Below, one piece after another: positions 52,301 to 61,979 of a stretch of DNA of 64,000 nucleotides (position 1 is the first letter of the stretch; every line of letters starts with the position of its first letter). Below the pieces are notes generated by a model. It had not been told where the DNA came from and made no database searches. It was given only the letters and a program-made list of their open reading frames with translations. This DNA is from Eledone cirrhosa (Eukaryota). The translations under genes were made by a program, and so were the position numbers. The stretch lies in the NCBI GenBank assembly GCA_964016885.1, contig OZ024742.1, positions 360,530,001 to 360,594,000 on the forward strand, in the 5' to 3' direction.

Positions 52301-55300
52301 TAGAGAGAGGGGGAAGAAGAGATAGTTCTAGAGAGAGGGGTGAAGAAGAGATAGTTCTAGAGAGAGGGGGGAAGAAGTGATAGTTCTAGAGAGGGGGGTA
52401 GAAGAGATAGTTCTAGAGAGAGGGGGAAGAAGAGATAGTTCTAGAGAGAGTGGGGAAGAAGAGATAGTTCTATTGAGTGAGGGAAGAAGGGAGTGTTCTA
52501 GAGAAAGAGGGAAGAGATAGTTCTAGAGAGAGGGGAATAAGAGATAGTTCTATAGAGGGGGGTAAGAAGAGATAGTTCTAGCGAGAGGGGTAAAAGAGAT
52601 AGTTGTAGAGACAGGGGGGAAGTAGATAAAGTTCTAGAGAGAGGGGGAAGAAGAGATAGTTCTAGAGAGAGGGGGAAGAAGAGATAATTCTAGAGAGAGG
52701 GGGAAGAAAAGATAGTTCTAGAGAGAGGGGGAAGAAGAGATAGTTCTAGAGAGAGGGGGGAAGAAGAGATAGTTCTAGAGAGAGGGGGGAAGAAGTGATA
52801 GTTCTAGAGAAGGGGGTAGAAGAGATAGTTCTAGAGAGAGGGGGAAGAAGAGATAGTTCTATTGAGTGAGGGAAGAAGAGAGTGTTCTAGAGAAAAAGGG
52901 AAGAGATAGTTCTAGAGAGATGGGGAAGAAGAGATAGTTCTAGAGAGCGGGGGAAGAAGAGATAATTCTATAGAGAGGGGGAAGAAGAGATAGTTCTCGA
53001 GAGAGGGGGAAAAGAGTTAGTTCTAGAGAGAGGGGGAAGAAGAGATAGTTCTCGAGAGAGGGGGAAGAAGAGATAGTTCTAGAGAGAGGGGGAAGAAAAG
53101 ATAGTTCTAGAGAGAGGGGGAAGAAGAGATAGTTCTAGAGAGAGGGGGGAGAATAGATAGTTCTAGAGAGAGGGGGAGAAGAAGAGATGGTTCTAGAGAG
53201 AGGGGGAGAAGAAGAGATAGTTCTAGAGAGAGGGGAATAAGAGATAGTTCTATAGAGGGGGGTAAGAAGAGATAGTTCTAGCGAGAGGGGTAAAAGAGAT
53301 AGTTCTAGAGAGAGAGGGGAAGTAGATAAAGTTCTGGAGAGAGTGTGAAGAAGAGATAGTTCTAGAGAGAGGGGGAAGAAGAGATAATTCTAGAGAGAGG
53401 GGGAAGAAGAGATAGTTCTAGAGAGAGGGGGAAGAAGAGATAGTTCTAGAGAGAGGGGGGGGGGAAGAAGAGATAGTTCTAGAGAGAAAGGTAGGGAGAA
53501 GAGATAGTTATATATAAAGGGGGGAGAAGAGATAGTTCTAGAGAGAGGGGGAAAGAAGAGATAGTTCTAGAGAAAGGGGGATGAAGAGATAGTTCTAGTG
53601 AGAGGGAGGGAAGGGAGAGTTTGTTCTAGAGAGGGGGGAAGAAGAGTAGATCGAGAGAGGGGGAAGAAACTATAGTTCTACAGAGAGGGGGAAGATGAGA
53701 TAGGTCTAGAGAGGGGGGGAAGAAGAGACAGTTCTAGAGAGAGGGGGAAGAAGAGATAGTTCTAGAGACAGGGGGAGAAGAAGAGATAGTTCTAGAGAGG
53801 GGGAATAAGAGATAGTTCTATAGAGGTGGTAATAAGAGATAGTTCTAGAGAGAGGGGTAAAAGTGATAGTTCTAGAGAGAGGGGGAAGTAGATATTGTTC
53901 TAGAAAGGGGGGAAGAAGAGATAGTTCTTGAGAGAGGGGGAAGAAGAGATAGTTCTAGAGAGAGGGGGAAAAGAGATAGTTCTAGAGAGAGGGGTAAGAA
54001 GAGATAGTTCTAGAGAGAGGGGGAGAAGAAGAGATAGTTCTAGAGAGGGGGAATAAGAGATAGTTCTATAGAGGTGGTAATAAGAGATAGTTCTAGAGAG
54101 AGGGGTAAAAGTGATAGTTCTAGAGAGAGGGGGAAGTAGATATTGTTCTAGAAAGGGGGGAAGAAGTGATAGTTCTTGAGAGAGGGGGAACAAGAGATAG
54201 TTCTAGAGAGAGAGGGAAGTAGATATAGTTCCAGAGAGAGAGGGGGAAAAGAAATAGTTCTAGAGAGAGGGGGGAAAAAGAGATAGTTCTAGAGAGAGGG
54301 GTGAAGAAGAGATAGTTCTAGAGAGAGGGGGGAAGAAGTGATAGTTCTAGAGAGGGGGGTAGAAGAGATAGTTCTAGAGAGAGGGGGAAGAAGAGATAGT
54401 TCTAGAGAGAGTGGGGAAGAAGAGATAGTTCTGCAGAGCGGGGGAAGAAGAGATAGTTCTAGAGAGAGTGGGGAAGAAGAGATAGTTGTAGAGAGAGGGG
54501 GGAAGAAGAGGTAGTTCTAGAGAGAGGGGGAAGAAGAGACAGTTCTAGAGAGAGGGGGAAGAAGAGATAGTTCTAGAGACAGGGGGAAGAAGCGATATTT
54601 CTATCGAGAGGGGGGAGAAGAGATAGTTCTAGAGAGAAGGGGAAGAAGAGATAGATCTAGGGAGAGGGGGATGAAGAGATAGTTCTAGTGAGAGGGAGTG
54701 AAGAAAAGATTGTTCTAGATAGGGGGGGGAAGAAGAGATAGATCGAGAGAGGGGGAAGAAACTATAGTTCTACAGAGAGGGGGAAGAAGAGATAGGTCTA
54801 GAGAGGGGGAAGAAGAGATAGTTCTAGAGAGAGGGGGACGAAGAGATAGTTCTAGAGACAGGGGGAAGAAGCGATATTTCTAGCGAGAGGGGGGAGAAGA
54901 GATAGTTCTATAGAGAGGGAGTGAGAGATAATTCTAGAGAGAGGGGGAACAACAGATAGTTCTAGAGAGAGGGGGAAGAAGAGATAGTTCTAGAGCGAGG
55001 GGGAAAGAAGAGATAGTTCTAGAGAGAGGGGGACGAAGAGATAGTTCTAGAGCGAGGGGGGAAGAAGTGATAGTTCGAGAGAGAAAGAGGGAAGAAGAGA
55101 TAGTTCTAGAGAGAGTGGGGAAGAAGAGATAGTTCTATAGAGAGGGGGAAGAAGAGATAGTTCTAGAGAGAGGAGAAAGAAGAGATAGTTCTAGAGAAAG
55201 AAGGAAGAAGAGATAGTTCTATAGAGAGGGGGGAAGAAGAGATAGTTCTAGAGAGAAAGGGGGGGAGAAGAGATAGTTATATAGAGAGGGGGAAGGAGAG

Positions 55301-58300
55301 ATAGTTCTAGAGAGAGTGGGGAAGAAGAGATAGTTGTAGAGAGAGGGGGGAAGAAGAGATAGTTCTAGAGAGAGGGGGAAGAAGAGATAGTTCTAGAGAG
55401 AGGGAGGGAAGAAGAGATTGTTCTAGAGAGGGGGGAAGAAGAGATAGATCGAGAGAGGGGGAAGAAACTATAGTTCTACAGAGAGAGGGAAGAAGAGATA
55501 GGTCTAGAGAGGGGGGAAGAAGAGATAGTTCTGGAGAGATGGGCGGAAGAAGAGACAGTTCTAGAGAGAGGGGGAAGAAGAGATAGTTCTAGAGAAAGGT
55601 TGAAGAAGCGATATTTCTAGCGAGAGGGGGGAGAAGAGATAGTTCTATAGAGAGGGGAGTGAGAGGTAATTCTAGAGAGAGGGGGAAGAACAGATAGTTC
55701 TATAGAGATGGGGAAGAAGAGATAGTTCTAGAGAGAGGGGAAAGAAGAGATAGTTGTAGAGAAAGAGGGAAGAAGCGATAGTTCTAGAGAGAGGGGTAAA
55801 AGAGATAGTTCTAGAGAGAGGGGGAAAGTAGATATAGTTCTAGAGAGAGTGGGAAGTAGAGATAATTCTAGAGAGAGGGTGTAAGTAGATATAGTTCCGG
55901 ATAGAGAGGGGGAAAAGAAATAGTTCTAGAGAGAGCGGGGAAGAAGAGCTAGTTCTAGAGAGAGGGGGAAGAAGAGATAGTTCTAGAGAGAGGGGGATGT
56001 AGATATAGCTCCAGAGAGAGAGGGTAAAAGAGATAGTTCTAGAGAGAGGGGGAAGAAGAGATAGTTCTAGAGAGATGGGGAAAAGAGATAGTTCTAGAGA
56101 GAGGGGGAAGAAGAGATAGTTCTAGAGAGAGGGGGAGAAGAAGAGATAGTTCTAGAGAGGGGGAATAAGAGATAGTTCTATAGAGGTGGTAATAAGAGAT
56201 AGTTCTAGAGAGAGGGGTAAAAGTGATAGTTCTAGAGAGAGGGGGAAGTAGATATTGTTCTAGAAAGGGGGGAAGAAGAGATAGTTCTTGAGAGAGGGGG
56301 AACAAGAGATAGTTCTAGAGAGAGAGGGAAGTAGATATAGTTCCAGAGAGAGAGGGGGAAAAGAAATAGTTCTAGAGAGAGGGGGGAAGAAGAGATAGTT
56401 CTAGAGAGAGGGGGAAGAAGAGATAGTTCTAGAGAGAGGGGTGAAGAAGAGATAGTTCTAGAGAGAGGGGGGAAGAAGTGATAGTTCTAGAGAGGGGGGT
56501 AGAAGAGATAGTTCTAGAGAGAGGGGGAAGAAGAGATAGTTCTAGAGAGAGTGGGGAAGAAGAGATAGTTCTATTGAGTGAGGGAAGAAGGGAGTGTTCT
56601 AGAGAAAGAGGGAAGAGATAGTTCTAGAGAGAGGGGAATAAGAGATAGTTCTATAGAGGGGGGTAAGAAGAGATAGTTCTAGCGAGAGGGGTAAAAGAGA
56701 TAGTTGTAGAGACAGGGGGGAAGTAGATAAAGTTCTAGAGAGAGGGGGAAGAAGAGATAGTTCTAGAGAGAGGGGGAAGAAGAGATAATTCTAGAGAGAG
56801 GGGGAAGAAAAGATAGTTCTAGAGAGAGGGGGAAGAAGAGATAGTTCTAGAGAGAGGGGGGAAGAAGAGATAGTTCTAGAGAGAGGGGGGAAGAAGTGAT
56901 AGTTCTAGAGAAGGGGGTAGAAGAGATAGTTCTAGAGAGAGGGGGAAGAAGAGATAGTTCTATTGAGTGAGGGAAGAAGAGAGTGTTCTAGAGAAAAAGG
57001 GAAGAGATAGTTCTAGAGAGATGGGGAAGAAGAGATAGTTCTAGAGAGCGGGGGAAGAAGAGATAATTCTATAGAGAGGGGGAAGAAGAGATAGTTCTAG
57101 AGAGAGGGGGAAAAGAGTTAGTTCTAGAGAGAGGGGGAAGAAGAGATAGTTCTCGAGAGAGGGGGAAGAAGAGATAGTTCTAGAGAGAGGGGGAAGAAAA
57201 GATAGTTCTAGAGAGAGGGGGAAGAAGAGATAGTTCTAGAGAGAGGGGGGAGAATAGATAGTTCTAGAGAGAGGGGGAGAAGAAGAGATGGTTCTAGAGA
57301 GAGGGGGAGAAGAAGAGATAGTTCTAGAGAGAGGGGAATAAGAGATAGTTCTATAGAGGGGGGTAAGAAGAGATAGTTCTAGCGAGAGGGGTAAAAGAGA
57401 TAGTTCTAGAGAGAGAGGGGAAGTAGATAAAATTCTGGAGAGAGTGTGAAGAAGAGATAGTTCTAGAGAGAGGGGGAAGAAGAGATAATTCTAGAGAGAG
57501 GGGGAAGAAGAGATAGTTCTAGAGAGAGGGGGAAGAAGAGATAGTTCTAGAGAGAGGGGGGGGGAAGAAGAGATAGTTCTAGAGAGAAAGGTAGGGAGAA
57601 GAGATAGTTATATATAAAGGGGGGAGAAGAGATAGTTCTAGAGAGAGGGGGAAAGAAGAGATAGTTCTAGAGAAAGGGGGATGAAGAGATAGTTCTAGTG
57701 AGAGGGAGGGAAGGGAGAGTTTGTTCTAGAGAGGGGGGAAGAAGAGTAGATCGAGAGAGGGGGAAGAAACTATAGTTCTACAGAGAGGGGGAAGATGAGA
57801 TAGGTCTAGAGAGGGGGGGAAGAAGAGACAGTTCTAGAGAGAGGGGGAAGAAGAGATAGTTCTAGAGACAGGGGGAGAAGAAGAGATAGTTCTAGAGAGG
57901 GGGAATAAGAGATAGTTCTATAGAGGTGGTAATAAGAGATAGTTCTAGAGAGAGGGGTAAAAGTGATAGTTCTAGAGAGAGGGGGAAGTAGATATTGTTC
58001 TAGAAAGGGGGGAAGAAGAGATAGTTCTTGAGAGAGGGGGAAGAAGAGATAGTTCTAGAGAGAGGGGGAAAAGAGATAGTTCTAGAGAGAGGGGTAAGAA
58101 GAGATAGTTCTAGAGAGAGGGGGAGAAGAAGAGATAGTTCTAGAGAGGGGGAATAAGAGATAGTTCTATAGAGGTGGTAATAAGAGATAGTTCTAGAGAG
58201 AGGGGTAAAAGTGATAGTTCTAGAGAGAGGGGGAAGTACATATTGTTCTAGAAAGGGGGGAAGAAGAGATAGTTCTTGAGAGAGGGGGAACAAGAGATAG

Positions 58301-58910
58301 TTCTAGAGAGAGAGGGAAGTAGATATAGCTCCAGAGAGAGAGGGTAAAAGAGATAGTTCTAGAGAGAGGGGGAAGAAGAGATAGTTCTAGAGAGAGGGGG
58401 AAAAGAGATAGTTCTAGAGAGAGGGGGAAGAAGAGATAGTTCTAGAGAGAGGGGGAGAAGAAGAGATAGTTCTAGAGAGGGGGAATAAGAGATAGTTCTA
58501 TAGAGGTGGTAATAAGAGATAGTTCTAGAGAGAGGGGTAAAAGTGATAGTTCTAGAGAGAGGGGGAAGTAGATATTGTTCTAGAAAGGGGGGAAGAAGAG
58601 ATAGTTCTTGAGAGAGGGGGAACAAGAGATAGTTCTAGAGAGAGAGGGAAGTAGATATAGTTCCAGAGAGAGAGGGGGAAAAGAAATAGTTCTAGAGAGA
58701 GGGGGGAAAAAGAGATAGTTCTAGAGAGAGGGGGAAGAAGAGATAGTTCTAGAGAGAGGGGTGAAGAAGAGATAGTTCTAGAGAGAGGGGGGAAGAAGTG
58801 ATAGTTCTAGAGAGGGGGGTAGAAGAGATAGTTCTAGAGAGAGGGGGAAGAAGAGATAGTTCTAGAGAGAGTGGGGAAGAAGAGATAGTTCTGCAGAGCG
58901 GGGGAAGAAG
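46305..58910 (+). repeat. Higher-order repeat, ~3 tandem copies of ~4,100 bp (third copy has an internal ~330-bp duplication)
   Basis: Spurious ORFs at 47811/51938/56039 and 49799/53900/58000. AAACTATAG at 46561/50658/54759. CCGGATAGAG at 47669/51796/55897. CTGCAG at 50330/54431/58891. Confidence 0.94.
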
Positions 58911-61900
58911 AGATAATTCTAGAGAGAGGGGGAAGAAGAGATAGTTCTAGAGAGAAGGGGAAGAAGAGATAGTTCTAGAGAGCGGGGGAAGAAGAGATAA
59001 TTCTAGAGAGAGGGGGAAGAAGAGATAGTTCTAGAGAGAGGGGGAAAAGAGTTAGTTCTAGAGAGAGGGGGAAGAAGAGATAGTTCTAGAGAGAGGGGGA
59101 AGAAGTGATAGTTCTAGAGAGAGGGGGAAGAAGACATAGTTCTAGAGAGAGGGGGAAGAAGAGATAGTTCTAGAGAGAGAGGGAGAAGAGATAGTTCTAG
59201 AGAGAGGGGGAGAAGAAGAGATAGTTCTAGAGAGAGGGGAATAAGAGATAGTTCTATAGAGGGGGGTAAGAAGAGATAGTTCTAGCGAGAGGGGTAAAAG
59301 AGATAGTTGTAGAGAGAGGGGGGAAGTAGATAAAGTTCTAGAGAGAGGGGGAAGAAGAGATAGTTCTAGAGAGAGGGGGAAGAAGAGATAATTCTAGAGA
59401 GAGGGGGAAGAAGAGATAGTTCTAGAGAGAGGGGGAAGAAGAGATAGTTCTAGAGAGAGGGGGGAAGAAGAGATAGTTCTAGAGAGAGGGGGGAAGAAGA
59501 GATAGTTCTAGAGAGAGGGGGGAAGAAGTGATAGTTCTAGAGAGGGGGGTAGAAGAGATAGTTCTAGAGAGAGGGGGAAGAAGAGATAGTTCTAGAGAGA
59601 GGGGGAAGAAAAGATAGTTCTAGAGAGAGGGGGAAGAAGAGATAGTTCTAGAGAGAGGGGGGAAGAAGAGATAGTTCTAGAGAGAGGGGGAAGAAGAGAT
59701 AGTTCTAGAGAGAGGGGGGAAGAAGTGATAGTTCTAGAGAGGGGGGTAGAAGAGATAGTTCTAGAGAGAGGGGGAAGAAGAGATAGTTCTAGAGAGAGGG
59801 GGAAGAAAAGATAGTTCTAGAGAGAGGGGGAAGAAGAGATAGTTCTAGAGAGAGTGCGGAAGAAGAGATAGTTCTATTGAGTGAGGGAAGAAGAGAGTGT
59901 TCTAGAGAAAGAGGGAAGAGATAGTTCTAGAGAGATGGGGAAGAAGAGATAGTTCTAGAGAGCGGGGGAAGAAGAGATAATTCTATAGAGAGGGGGAAGA
60001 AGAGATAGTTCTAGAGAGAGGGGGAAAAGAGTTAGTTCTAGAGAGAGGGGGAAGAAGAGATAGTTCTAGAGAGAGGGGGAAGAAGAGATAGTTCTAGAGA
60101 GAGGGGGAAGAAAAGATAGTTCTAGAGAGAGGGGGAAGAAGAGATAGTTCTAGAGAGAGGGGGGAGAATAGATAGTTCTAGAGAGAGGGGGAGAAGAAGA
60201 GATAGTTCTAGAGAGAGGGGAATAAGAGATAGTTCTATAGAGGGGGGTAAGAAGAGATAGTTCTAGCGAGAGGGGTAAAAGAGATAGTTCTAGAGAGAGA
60301 GGGGAAGTAGATAAAGTTCTGGAGAGAGTGTGAAGAAGAGATAGTTCTAGAGAGAGGGGGAAGAAGAGATAATTCTAGAGAGAGGGGGAAGAAGAGATAG
60401 TTCTAGAGAGAGGGGGAAGAAGAGATAGTTCTAGAGAGAGGGGGGGGAAGAAGAGATAGTTCTAGAGAGAAAGGTAGGGAGAAGAGATAGTTATATATAA
60501 AGGGGGGAGAAGAGATAGTTCTAGAGAGAGGGGGAAAGAAGAGATAGTTCTAGAGAAAGGGGGATGAAGAGATAGTTCTAGAGAGAGGGGGAAGAAGAGA
60601 TAGTTCTAGAGAGAGGGGGAGAAGAAGAGATAGTTCTAGAGAGGGGGAATAAGAGATAGTTCTATAGAGGTGGTAATAAGAGATAGTTCTAGAGAGAGGG
60701 GTAAAAGTGATAGTTCTAGAGAGAGGGGGAAGTAGATATTGTTCTAGAAAGGGGGGAAGAAGAGATAGTTCTTGAGAGAGGGGGAACAAGAGATAGTTCT
60801 AGAGAGAGAGGGAAGTACATATAGTTCCAGAGAGAGAGGGGGACAAGAAATAGTTCTAGAGAGAGGGGGGAAGAAGAGATAGTTCTAGAGAGAGGGGGAA
60901 GAAGAGATAGTTCTAGAGAGAGGGGTGAAGAAGAGATAGTTCTAGAGAGAGGGGGGAAGAAGTGATAGTTCTAGAGAGGGGGGTAGAAGAGATAGTTCTA
61001 GAGAGAGGGGGAAGAAGAGATAGTTCTAGAGAGAGTGGGGAAGAAGAGATAGTTCTAGAGAGCGGAGGAAGAAGAGATAATTCTAGAGAGAGGGGGAAGA
61101 AGAGATAGTTCTAGAGAGAGGGGGAAGAAGAGATAGTTCTAGAGAGCGGGGGAAGAAGAGATAATTCTAGAGAGAGGGGGAAGAAGAGATAGTTCTAGAG
61201 AGAGGGGGAAAAGAGTTAGTTCTAGAGAGAGGGGGAAGAAGAGATAGTTCTAGAGAGAGGGGGAAGAAGTGATAGTTCTAGAGAGAGGGGGAAGAAGACA
61301 TAGTTCTAGAGAGAGGGGGAAGAAGAGATAGTTCTAGAGAGAGAGGGAGAAGAGATAGTTCTAGAGAGAGGGGGAGAAGAAGAGATAATTCTAGAGAGAG
61401 GGGGAAGAAGAGATAATTCTAGAGAGAGGGGGAAGAAGAGATAGTTCTAGAGAGAGGGGGAAGAAGAGATAGTTCTAGAGAGAGGGGGGAAGAAGAGATA
61501 GTTCTAGAAAGAGGGGGGAAGAAGTGATAGTTCTAGAGAGGGGGGTAGAAGAGATAGTTCTAGAGAGAGGGGGAAGAAGAGATAGTTCTAGAGAGAGGGG
61601 GAAGAAAAGATAGCTCTAGAGAGAGGGGGAAGAAGAGATAGTTCTAGAGAGAGGGGGGAAGAAGAGATAGTTCTAGAGAGAGGGGGGGAGAAGTGATAGT
61701 TCTAGAGAAGGGGGTAGAAGAGATAGTTCTAGAGAGAGGGGGAAGAAGAGATAGTTCTAGAGAGAGTGCGGAAGAAGAGATAGTTCTATTGAGTGAGGGA
61801 AGAAGAGAGTGTTCTAGAGAAAGAGGGAAGAGATAGTTCTAGAGAGATGGGGAAGAAGAGATAGTTCTAGAGAGAGGGGGAAGAAGAGATAATTCTAGAG

Positions 61901-61979
61901 AGAGGGGGAAGAAAAGATAGTTCTAGAGAGAGGGGGAAGAAGAGATAGTTCTAGAGAGAGGGGGGGGGGAAGAGAAAGT

